A stretch of DNA of 64,000 nt from Vulcanimicrobiales bacterium. GTDB lineage: Bacteria > Vulcanimicrobiota > Vulcanimicrobiia > Vulcanimicrobiales > Vulcanimicrobiaceae. The DNA is taken from assembly GCA_038215615.1 (NCBI GenBank), contig JBBQQR010000001.1, positions 128,001 to 192,000 of the forward strand, in the 5' to 3' direction. Of this stretch, positions 52,251 to 60,663 are shown piece after piece. The notes beneath the pieces were generated by a model. It ran no database searches. It saw only the letters and a program-made list of their open reading frames with translations, and was not told where the DNA came from. Numbering within the stretch: position 1 is the first letter of the stretch; the number at the start of each line of letters is the position of its first letter. The position numbers were made by a program, and so were the translations under genes.

Positions 52251-53729
52251 GTGTTCCTGCGATTGATTCTTTGCCTCACACTAGCAAGCGCTCCCATCCT
52301 AATATCGGCAGGCACCGCGCCGCCCGCTAACCCCTACGTCCAAATCGAGCGCCTGGAAGCCTCCCGCTCTTTGGGCAACGGCGCGCTTGCGGGGTTTGTG
52401 ACATCCGCGAACCGCCAGGTGGCGATCCGGGCGGCGCTGGCCATCGGGCGCACCAAACAAAGCGCCGGCATTCCGCTGCTGCTCGGGCACGTCGGCGACT
52501 CCGATCCCGCAATGCGCGCGACGAGCATCTATTCGCTCGGGCTGATCGGCGGCATTCCGGCGGCCCAGCCGGTTTTGGCGGCGCTGCTGCACGATCGGGC
52601 GGGCGCGGTGCAAGCAGCGGCACTTGATGCGGCCGATCGTCTGGAGACCGCGCACATGCTTTCGGTGGCGCAAGAGTATCAAGCGGGACGGCGCGTGCGC
52701 GAACTGCTGGGCGTCGGCGATGTTATCGTGCGCGGCCGGGCGGCGACAGCGCTCGAAGCGTTTCACGGATCGGCGTTTGCGCAAGCCGTGGTCGGCACGC
52801 TCGCGCGGGCGTACGCGCGCGAACCGGACTCGTACGTGCGCTGGCATATCGTCTGGACGCTTTTCCGCGCCTATGCAAAACGCGCGCCCGTCGAAACACT
52901 TGAGGCGGCGCTTCACGATCGCGCCGAGCTCGTGCGCATTGAGGCTGCGCGCGCTTTCGGCCGCCGCGGCGACAAATCGGCAGTCGGATTGCTGCAGCCG
53001 CTGGCCGCGGATCCGTCGTGGCGGGTGCAAGAGCAGACGATGGAATCGATCAAAGTGCTGCAAGGCGGATCGCTTACCGCGCATTTGAAAGCGATTCCGG
53101 CCGGCGTGCATACTCCCGCGCCCGAGCCCGACAAATTTGCGTCGCTGCAAGCTTTGCCGCGCGCGCTTTCTTCTGCAAAACCGCAAAAGCCCTCGCCTGA
53201 AGGGATCTCGACGGTTACGACGCTCGATCCAACCACGATCGCGCTGATGACCGGTCCGGCGAAGGGTCCGCACCCGCGCGTGCGCCTGGTCACCACGCAG
53301 GGGAATATCTACGTCGAGCTCTTTCCCGAGTGGGCGCCTCTCACGGCCGAGAATTTTCTCAATCTTACGCAATCGGGATACTACGATAACAACCCGTGGT
53401 TTAGAATCGTGCCTGATTTCGTGGTACAAACGGGCGATCCGACAGGGAACGGCAATGGTGACGCCGGTTACACCATTCCGGCCGAAGAGAATCCGATCGA
53501 GCAGAACAGCTACGTCATTTCGATGGGCATGAACTACACCGACCCGCCCAATGCGCACGCGATACGCGACTCGGCCGGCACGCAGTTTTACATCACGCTC
53601 TCGCCGCAGCTGCATTTGAACCGCGACTTTACCGTGTTCGGACGCGTCATCGGCGGCGCCGACGTTTTGGGGCGGCTGATCGAGTCCGATAAAATTATTC
53701 GGGCCGAACGCATTGCGGACTCGCCGTGA
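52251..53729 (+). CDS. HEAT-repeat + cyclophilin-type peptidyl-prolyl isomerase
   Basis: Signal peptide, HEAT repeats, FRIVPDFVVQTGDPTG and SAGTQFYIT..HL...FTVFG. Confidence 0.88.
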   Translation: MFLRLILCLTLASAPILISAGTAPPANPYVQIERLEASRSLGNGALAGFVTSANRQVAIRAALAIGRTKQSAGIPLLLGHVGDSDPAMRATSIYSLGLIGGIPAAQPVLAALLHDRAGAVQAAALDAADRLETAHMLSVAQEYQAGRRVRELLGVGDVIVRGRAATALEAFHGSAFAQAVVGTLARAYAREPDSYVRWHIVWTLFRAYAKRAPVETLEAALHDRAELVRIEAARAFGRRGDKSAVGLLQPLAADPSWRVQEQTMESIKVLQGGSLTAHLKAIPAGVHTPAPEPDKFASLQALPRALSSAKPQKPSPEGISTVTTLDPTTIALMTGPAKGPHPRVRLVTTQGNIYVELFPEWAPLTAENFLNLTQSGYYDNNPWFRIVPDFVVQTGDPTGNGNGDAGYTIPAEENPIEQNSYVISMGMNYTDPPNAHAIRDSAGTQFYITLSPQLHLNRDFTVFGRVIGGADVLGRLIESDKIIRAERIADSP

Positions 53730-54106
53730 AGCTTGCGATCGTCGTCTCGCTTGCGGCGACCCTGCTCTGCGCCTGCGGCACTCCGCAGAGCCTGCCGGTC
53801 GAAATTCCGAGCTGCAAGGTTGCGCAGAATATCAGTCGCGTCATGCTGACGGCCCCCGTGACCAGCCGGGCATCCAAACCGATCTCGGGATTGGTCCTGG
53901 TGGCGGATGTGTATCGCGATTTTCGCTACCAGCGCTTCCAGGGGACGGCGGTGGTTTCTCCCGAGCTGGATCCCGGGCAGCAACGGACCCTTAACTTCCA
54001 GATATCCGGAAAAATTTTGCCGCCCGAAGGGCCCGCGATGCGCTGTTTTGCGACGCACATCGCTTATCTTGACGGCACGTCAGAAGACGTAACGGCTTCG
54101 CGATGA
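53726..54106 (+). CDS. Hypothetical lipoprotein
   Basis: Lipobox LCAC; GTGA overlap with the PPIase stop. Confidence 0.7.
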   Translation: MKLAIVVSLAATLLCACGTPQSLPVEIPSCKVAQNISRVMLTAPVTSRASKPISGLVLVADVYRDFRYQRFQGTAVVSPELDPGQQRTLNFQISGKILPPEGPAMRCFATHIAYLDGTSEDVTASR

Positions 54107-54122
54107 TGCGGGCGGTGCCGAC

Positions 54123-54572
54123 TTAAAAGAGTTTTTTCGTATCGAGTAAGATCGTCACTGGACCATCGTTGACGAGATCAACTTCCATCGTTGCGCCGAA
54201 CTCGCCATACTCCACGCGTAAGCCCTCGCGTTTCAGCAAAACGCCGACGCGCTCGTAGAGCGGCTTTGCTTGCTCCTCGCGGGCGGCCGCGACAAATGAG
54301 GGCCGCCGCCCTTTGCGCGCATCGCCGTGCAACGTGAATTGCGATATCAACAATACCGCACCGTTCGCCTCGGCGATGCTACGATTCATCAGCCCTTCGT
54401 CGTCCCGGAATATGCGTAGGTTCGCAATTTTTTCCGTGATCTGTTCGGCATCGCGTTCGTCGTCATCGACGCCGACGCTCAGGAGCACCGCCAGGCCGCG
54501 CTCGATCGCGCCTATGGCATTCCCGGCAACACGGACCTGCGCGCGCGAGACACGCTGAACGACGGCTCGCAC
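54123..54572 (-). CDS. dtd: D-aminoacyl-tRNA deacylase
   Basis: MRAVVQRV, SQFTL, GRRPSF and NDGPVT. Confidence 0.96.
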   Translation of the reverse strand: MRAVVQRVSRAQVRVAGNAIGAIERGLAVLLSVGVDDDERDAEQITEKIANLRIFRDDEGLMNRSIAEANGAVLLISQFTLHGDARKGRRPSFVAAAREEQAKPLYERVGVLLKREGLRVEYGEFGATMEVDLVNDGPVTILLDTKKLF

Positions 54573-54573
54573 G

Positions 54574-55467
54574 TCAGCGCGCGAAGATGCTCGAAAGTGC
54601 GAAGACCAGGTTTTCTTTGCGCTCCGCGACGCGGCGGTAGAAATACGCGGCCCAATGTGTGCCGAAAGGCACGTAGACGCGCAGCCGGTAGCCTTCGCTG
54701 ACCAGCTCGCGCTGCAGCTGCGGACGCACGCCGTAGATCATCTGAAATTCGAACCGGTCGCGCGAGATGTTCTTGGTTTTTACAAACTCTTTCACGGCTC
54801 CAATGAGCCGGCGGTCGTGGGTCGCGATCCCGGGGTAATTTCCGCGCGTCAAAAGCTCTCGCGCGCAGTGCATGTACTGCTCGCGTATCTCCGGCATCTC
54901 TTTGTACGCGATCGACGCCGGCTCGTTATAGGCACCTTTGCAAAGCCGTACGCGCGCTCCCAGCTCGATCATCCGTTCCACGTCCCCTGGCGTCTGCTTT
55001 AAATAGGCTTGAAGGACCGAGCCGACGTTGCCGTAGGCGCCAAACGCGCGCTCAAAAACTCTCAGCGTCGCTTCCGTGACCGCCGAACCTTCCATGTCGA
55101 TCCGTACGAACGGATCGGGATTGCCTTTTGCACGCTCTAGGATCGCGGCAAGGTTCTCGAATCCAAGATCTTCGTCGATTAGCAATCCGAGCGCGGTGAG
55201 TTTGACGGAGACGTTGCAGTCAACAGCGCTGTTTTTAATAGCGTCAAATATCTCCATGTACGTCTGGCGGGTTTTCGCGGCGGCAGCGCGCTCGAGGACG
55301 TCTTCACCCAGAAAATCGAGCGAGGCGGTCATTCCGCCTTCGTTCAGCTCCCGTACCGCGGCGATCGCGTCGGCAACGCTCTTGCCGGCGACGAACCTCT
55401 TGGCCAAAAAAAAGAACCGTTTTTGGAAAGTCGAGTCGGGTGCGAAGAAGCGATCGAGTGCGGCCAT
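54574..55467 (-). CDS. Proline dehydrogenase (monofunctional)
   Basis: RFVAG, SVKLTALG, RIDME, RLCKGAY, ATHD and EFQMIYG..YVPFG. Confidence 0.93.
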   Translation of the reverse strand: MAALDRFFAPDSTFQKRFFFLAKRFVAGKSVADAIAAVRELNEGGMTASLDFLGEDVLERAAAAKTRQTYMEIFDAIKNSAVDCNVSVKLTALGLLIDEDLGFENLAAILERAKGNPDPFVRIDMEGSAVTEATLRVFERAFGAYGNVGSVLQAYLKQTPGDVERMIELGARVRLCKGAYNEPASIAYKEMPEIREQYMHCARELLTRGNYPGIATHDRRLIGAVKEFVKTKNISRDRFEFQMIYGVRPQLQRELVSEGYRLRVYVPFGTHWAAYFYRRVAERKENLVFALSSIFAR

Positions 55468-55475
55468 CGCAGCTG

Positions 55476-56252
55476 CTATACGACGCGGCGGCGCAAGGCC
55501 CATTGGAGCGCGATGGCGATCGCGGCCAACACCACGAAACCGTAGCTCAGCGCAAGCGCGGGAGCGACTCCTTGCGACGAGAGCGTGACGTAGAGCTGAA
55601 CGGGCAATGCCGTCGGATGGTACGCGACGATCGACGTCGCGCCGTACTCACCGATCGCGCGCATCCAAGCAAGCACGATGCCGGCAATAACGTTTGGAGC
55701 TGCCAAGGGCAGCGCTACGCGGAAGAAGACCCGTAAGGCGTCGGCTCCCAGCGTTCGCGCGGATTCTTCATAGATCGGATCGAGCGATGCAAAGGCGGCG
55801 GTCGAAACGATCGCGACAAACGATCCGGCCACGAAAAACTCCGCGAGGGCGACGCCCGGCAGCGAATCCACGAACGTTATTCCATGCGATGCCAATGCCA
55901 CGCCGATCGGCGTATGGGCGCCGACCGTTTGCAGCAGCATGATTCCGGATGCGACTGGCGGGAATGCGAGCGGAAGCGCCAGCACCGCAAGCGCGATCGC
56001 CCGGACGGGTCCGCTCGAATGCGCGAGCGCGTAACCTGCCGGCACACCGAGAAACGTAGCGAGCGCGACCGCGGCGGTCGAAGCAACCAGCGAGACGACG
56101 AGCGCGTCGCGAGCTTGCGGCGCGGAAAAGGCAGCAATGACATCGCCCGGCCTGACCGCGGCCAGCATCGCCGCGACGGGGCCCAGCATCAGGATGATGA
56201 GCAACGCCGCCGCTACATGAAAGATCGAGATTTTCCAGAACCCCATTCCCAT
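55476..56252 (-). CDS. Molybdate/sulfate-type ABC transporter permease (ModB-like)
   Basis: LPLAFPPVASG, YEESARTLGA and RAIGEYGAT. Confidence 0.85.
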   Translation of the reverse strand: MGMGFWKISIFHVAAALLIILMLGPVAAMLAAVRPGDVIAAFSAPQARDALVVSLVASTAAVALATFLGVPAGYALAHSSGPVRAIALAVLALPLAFPPVASGIMLLQTVGAHTPIGVALASHGITFVDSLPGVALAEFFVAGSFVAIVSTAAFASLDPIYEESARTLGADALRVFFRVALPLAAPNVIAGIVLAWMRAIGEYGATSIVAYHPTALPVQLYVTLSSQGVAPALALSYGFVVLAAIAIALQWALRRRVV

Positions 56253-56813
56253 TTGAACTTCCTCAAGATTCTGGTCGTCGCCCTCTCTTTGGGATTGGAC
56301 GTGTTCGCGGTCGGTGTGGGCGTGGGTATGCGCGGCACTTCGCGCGCCATAAAGCTGCGCATCGGCGTAGCGTTTGCGACCGCCGAAGTCGTGATGAATT
56401 TGGCGGGCGTCGGCTTAGGAAAACTCGCGGGCGAACTGCTGGGAAACGTCGCGGGCTACATTGGGTTCGCGGCGCTCATCGGTTTGGGCGGTTACATGAT
56501 CGTCGAAGCCGTGCGCGAGTCCGAGCGGAAACGCCCGCTCGACATGTCGCGCGGATGGGGTTTAGTTGTCGGGTCGCTTTCGATCAGTCTGGATTCGCTC
56601 GGTATCGGATTTTCGATTTTATACATCGGCGTGCCGCTGGTGCTTTCGCTGAGCGTAATCTTCGTCGTCTCGATCTGCTCGACCGCGCTCGGCTTGACGC
56701 TCGGGCGAATCGTCGGCCGGCGCGCGGAAGAGAGTGCCGAGTTGTGGGCCGGCATCGTGCTGGCGCTCACCGGCATCGCATTCATACTCGCCAAGATATT
56801 TCTGCCGGCGTGA
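56253..56813 (+). CDS. mntP: Manganese efflux pump MntP family
   Basis: ALSLGLDVFAV and SISLDSLGIG repeats; TTG start approximate. Confidence 0.8.
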   Translation: MNFLKILVVALSLGLDVFAVGVGVGMRGTSRAIKLRIGVAFATAEVVMNLAGVGLGKLAGELLGNVAGYIGFAALIGLGGYMIVEAVRESERKRPLDMSRGWGLVVGSLSISLDSLGIGFSILYIGVPLVLSLSVIFVVSICSTALGLTLGRIVGRRAEESAELWAGIVLALTGIAFILAKIFLPA

Positions 56814-57718
56814 ACATCGGCGACGCGCTGCTCGATCTGGCGCGTGCGGGCGGACGCCCCTCGCTGTTTGTTGTCGGCACGGGAAAAAACGCGGGCAAGA
56901 CAGTTGCCATGCGCGCAGTGGCGACCGCTGCGGTACGGCGGGGTTTGGCGATCGGATTGACTTCGGCCGGACGCGACGGAGAAATGTTCGACGCGGTGGA
57001 TTCCGCGGCCAAGCCGCGGCTGTTTCTTGAAACCGGTACGTTGATCGCCACGGCGCGCGCGCTGCTTTCCGCGCGTCACGATGTCGAGGTGCTTGAAGAA
57101 ACGCCGTGGCAAACCGCGGCGGGGCCGGTCGTGTTCGCGCGCGTTGCAAGCGCGGCGTTTTTCGAGCTGGCCGGGCCGCCGAAGGCTTCGGAGCTGCGCC
57201 GCTGCGTCGAACGCTTGCGCGAGTTTGGCTGCGATCAGACGATCGTGGACGGCGCGATCGACCGCGTGGCGGTGCTGGCAGGCGGCGATGACGCCGTGAT
57301 CGTCTCGGTGGGTCCGGACGCCGGCGCGACGATTGAAGAAGCGGCGCTGACGGCACGCGCGCTGGTACGGCGCCTCTGTTTGCCGCAGTACGATCCTGCG
57401 CAACCTTTTGAAAAAATCGAAGGCGCGCTGACCGCGGCCCAGGCTGCGACGTTGATGAAAAACGGCGCGCAGCACCAAGTCGTCGTGAGCGATCCGACCC
57501 GCGTGGTGATCGGCGGGAAGGCGTTCTTGCAGTTGGCGCAACGCGTCATGCTGCGGTGCGAGCGGCCGCTGCACGTGGTCGCGGTGACGGTTGCCCCGAT
57601 CGGCCGCGAGCGGGATTTTGAACCGGATGCATTTCGCGATGCGGTCGCGCGCGAGACCGGTTTGCCCGTCTTCGATGTGTACGCAGGTGCAGTATCCGGC
57701 GAAGGAAAGAAAGCGTAA
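56810..57718 (+). CDS. KamB-like protein (lysine 5,6-aminomutase reactivase subunit family)
   Basis: GTGKNAGKT, TSAGRDGE, KPRL..GTLIATA, ELAGP and VDGAIDR; directly upstream of kce. Confidence 0.65.
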   Translation: MNIGDALLDLARAGGRPSLFVVGTGKNAGKTVAMRAVATAAVRRGLAIGLTSAGRDGEMFDAVDSAAKPRLFLETGTLIATARALLSARHDVEVLEETPWQTAAGPVVFARVASAAFFELAGPPKASELRRCVERLREFGCDQTIVDGAIDRVAVLAGGDDAVIVSVGPDAGATIEEAALTARALVRRLCLPQYDPAQPFEKIEGALTAAQAATLMKNGAQHQVVVSDPTRVVIGGKAFLQLAQRVMLRCERPLHVVAVTVAPIGRERDFEPDAFRDAVARETGLPVFDVYAGAVSGEGKKA

Positions 57719-58560
57719 TGGATCCGCTGATCGTGACGGTCGCGCCCGTCGGCGCGGAATTGACGCCCGAGCAAACGCCGCATCTGGCGGTGAAGCCGGA
57801 GCAGTTGGGCGACGTGGCCGCAAAGTGCCGGCAAGCCGGCGCTTCGATGATACACGTGCACTGCCGCAACGACGACGGCAGCAACACGCATGACGTCCGA
57901 CGCTTCAAAGCGGCGTATGACGAGATTCGCGCGCGCAGCGATCTGATCGTGCAGTTTTCCACCGGCGGTGCGATTGGTATGTCTCTCGAAGAACGCGCGG
58001 GCGTGCTCGACTTGCATCCGGAGATGGCGACGCTCACCTGCGGATCGGTCAACTTCGGCGATGAGATTTTTGAAAACAGCTTTCCGATCATGCGCGCCAT
58101 TTTGAAGAAGATGAACGAGTTGGGCGTGCGGCCCGAACTCGAGGTATTCGATAAGGGTCACCTTTCCAACGCGCGCAAGCTCGAGCGCGAACGCTTGCTC
58201 AAATTTCCGCAGCATGTAGACTTCGTGTTGGGCGTTCCCGGTGGCTTGGAAGCGAGCGTTTCGAATCTCTGCGATCTGGTTGACTCGCTTCCCCCCGGCT
58301 GCACCTGGTCGGTTGCGGCCATCGGGCGCGCGCAGCTGCCCATGTCGATGGCCGCGATTGCGATGGGCGGCCACGTGCGCGTGGGACTCGAGGACAACAT
58401 TTATTATTCCCGGGGAAAGCTCGCGACCAATGACGAGCTGGTCGCGCGCGTTGTGCGCATCGCGGGAGAACTCGGCCGCCCGGTTGCAACGCCGGCCAAA
58501 GCGCGTGAGATCCTAGGCCTGCGGCCGCTACAGGAGCAGGCCCGCGGAGCTTTAATGTAG
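57718..58560 (+). CDS. kce: 3-keto-5-aminohexanoate cleavage enzyme (BKACE family)
   Basis: GASMIHVHCR, QFSTGG, GSVNFG, PELEVFD and GHVRVGLEDN. Confidence 0.88.
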   Translation: MDPLIVTVAPVGAELTPEQTPHLAVKPEQLGDVAAKCRQAGASMIHVHCRNDDGSNTHDVRRFKAAYDEIRARSDLIVQFSTGGAIGMSLEERAGVLDLHPEMATLTCGSVNFGDEIFENSFPIMRAILKKMNELGVRPELEVFDKGHLSNARKLERERLLKFPQHVDFVLGVPGGLEASVSNLCDLVDSLPPGCTWSVAAIGRAQLPMSMAAIAMGGHVRVGLEDNIYYSRGKLATNDELVARVVRIAGELGRPVATPAKAREILGLRPLQEQARGALM

Positions 58561-58566
58561 CGAGTC

Positions 58567-59541
58567 TTGTTTACGTACGTCGTGCGGCGGACGTTCCAGG
58601 CCATACCGCTGCTTCTGCTGATTTCGCTGCTCCTGTTTCTGATCGTCCATAGTGCGCCGGGCGGCGGACTCGGGCCGTATCTGCAAAATCCGCACATTAC
58701 CCCCGCCGACATTGCGCGGCTCAAGCATAACCTGGGTCTAGACCAGCCCCTGTGGCTGCAATACGTCACCTGGCTGGGGCAGATTCTGCACGGAAATTTC
58801 GGGTACTCGACCAGCAACTCCGAGGAAGTTTTCACCGCGATCGTCGAGCGCTTGCCCTCGACGCTGCTGCTGATGGGCACCGCGGTCACGATCGCCTTCA
58901 TCATCGGCGTTTCGGCCGGGCTCTTCGCTGCGGTGCGGCCGTATTCGATTTGGGACTATCTGATCACCACATTTGCGTTCTTCGGTCAGTCGATGCCGGT
59001 GTTCTGGCTGGCGCTCATGCTGCAGCTGGCTTTTGCGGTGCACGGAATTCCGCTGCCGTTCGGTTACGTGCTGCAGCTGCCGTCGGCGGGTATCTCGAGT
59101 TCGGATACGTTCGATCTCGGCGATCGCATCTCGCACTTGATCTTGCCCGCAACCGCGCTTGCCTTTTTGAACATCGCGCTTTTCAGCCGCTTCATGCGCA
59201 GTTCCATGCTCGAGGTTATCCGCACCGATTACATGCGTACCGCTTCGGCCAAAGGCTTGGGCTTCCGCACCGTCCTTTTCAAGCACGGTTTGAAGAACGC
59301 GCTGATTCCGCTGGTCACGGTAACGGCGCTTACGCTGCCGGCGCTCTTCGGCGGCGCGATCGTTACCGAGACGATCTTCGCGTGGCCGGGCGAAGGGCGG
59401 CTGTTCATCACGGCTCTGGGACAAGAAGATATCGCCGTGCTGATGGGTTACCTGATCGTCAACGCGTTTTTGGTCGTGTTCTTCAACTTGTTCGCTGACG
59501 TTTTATACGCCTGGCTCGATCCGCGGGTGAAATACGACTAA
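58567..59541 (+). CDS. Peptide ABC transporter permease (DppB/OppB-like)
   Basis: LGLDQPLWLQY, DYMRTASAKGL, TETIFAWPG and LDPRVKY. Confidence 0.92.
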   Translation: MFTYVVRRTFQAIPLLLLISLLLFLIVHSAPGGGLGPYLQNPHITPADIARLKHNLGLDQPLWLQYVTWLGQILHGNFGYSTSNSEEVFTAIVERLPSTLLLMGTAVTIAFIIGVSAGLFAAVRPYSIWDYLITTFAFFGQSMPVFWLALMLQLAFAVHGIPLPFGYVLQLPSAGISSSDTFDLGDRISHLILPATALAFLNIALFSRFMRSSMLEVIRTDYMRTASAKGLGFRTVLFKHGLKNALIPLVTVTALTLPALFGGAIVTETIFAWPGEGRLFITALGQEDIAVLMGYLIVNAFLVVFFNLFADVLYAWLDPRVKYD

Positions 59542-60482
59542 TGGCACTCTCCGCACCGATCAACCAGCCGGTGATCGCTGACGACACCGAGGTCTACAGT
59601 AAGGTAACGGTTTGGAGCCGATTCCGCCGCCACAAGCTCGCGATGGCGGGCGCGGTCATCTTGTTGATCATGGTTTTGGTGGCGATCTTCGCCTGGAAGA
59701 TCGCGCCGTTCGATCCGAACGCGATCGACGAAGTGCACTGGCAGGGCAATCCGGTCGCGCCATGCTTCCAAAATGCGGTGCAATGCGGCGGCCATATCCT
59801 CGGCCTGGATGAGAACGGGCGCGACGAACTCTCGCGGCTGATGTTCGGCGCGCAAATCTCGCTGACCGTCGCCGTCTGCGCGGTGCTGATGGAGCTGATC
59901 ATCGGAACGCTCCTGGGCGCGATCGCCGGTTACTACGGCGGCATAGTGGATTATCTGCTGATGCGCGTGACCGACGTTTTCTTATCTATTCCGCTTTTGC
60001 CGCTGCTCTTGGTCTTGACCGGGATCGTCGCGGCGAGCTCGACCAAAGCCGCCCTCAGCTTCCAGGTGATCGTGATCATCATCGGAGCGCTGTCGTGGCC
60101 CAGCGTCGCCCGCCTGGTTCGAGCGTCGTTTCTTTCGCTCCGGGAACGCGAGTACGCCGAGGCGGCCCGGGCTGTCGGCAACGGTGACCTGCGCATTATG
60201 CTGCGGCATTTGCTCCCCAACGCGATGGCGCCGATTATCGTCCAGGCGACCCTGGACATCGCCAACGTCATCATCGTGGAGTCGGTGCTCTCGTTCTTGG
60301 GCTTTGGCATCCAACCGCCGACCGCTTCCTGGGGAAACATGCTCAGCAACGCTGAGGCCAATCTCCAGGACATGTGGTGGGCGGCCGTCTTCCCCGGCCT
60401 TTGCATTCTCTTGACGGTTATGGCCATCAACTACATCGGCGACGGGCTGCGCGACGCCCTTGACCCCAACGCCATTAAGTAG
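59541..60482 (+). CDS. Peptide ABC transporter permease (DppC/OppC-like)
   Basis: HILGLDENGRD, EYAEAARAVG and GDGLRDALDP. Confidence 0.92.
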   Translation: MALSAPINQPVIADDTEVYSKVTVWSRFRRHKLAMAGAVILLIMVLVAIFAWKIAPFDPNAIDEVHWQGNPVAPCFQNAVQCGGHILGLDENGRDELSRLMFGAQISLTVAVCAVLMELIIGTLLGAIAGYYGGIVDYLLMRVTDVFLSIPLLPLLLVLTGIVAASSTKAALSFQVIVIIIGALSWPSVARLVRASFLSLREREYAEAARAVGNGDLRIMLRHLLPNAMAPIIVQATLDIANVIIVESVLSFLGFGIQPPTASWGNMLSNAEANLQDMWWAAVFPGLCILLTVMAINYIGDGLRDALDPNAIK

Positions 60483-60506
60483 ATAGACTGGCCGGGACCC
60501 CCCCGC

Positions 60507-60590
60507 GCGCGAGTGGCGAAACTGGTAAACGCACTAGCTTGAGGTGCTAGCGCCCGCAAGGGCCTGGAGGTTCGAGTCCTCTCTCGCGCA
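60507..60590 (+). tRNA. tRNA-Leu (anticodon GAG), CCA not encoded
   Basis: GCGCGAG/CTCGCGC acceptor stem, CTAGC-TTGAGGT-GCTAG anticodon arm, long variable arm and GGTTCGAGTCC T-arm. Confidence 0.95.
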
Positions 60591-60663
60591 TGAAACCCTC
60601 AAGGGCCCGGCGCCGTACTTTAGGGGTAGTGCGGCTTAGAAGAGAGCGAAGGATCCATCTATT

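Noticed and set aside
60507..60663. tRNA-Leu as an integration site
   Set aside because: No integrase and no duplicated tRNA 3' end are visible in the window.
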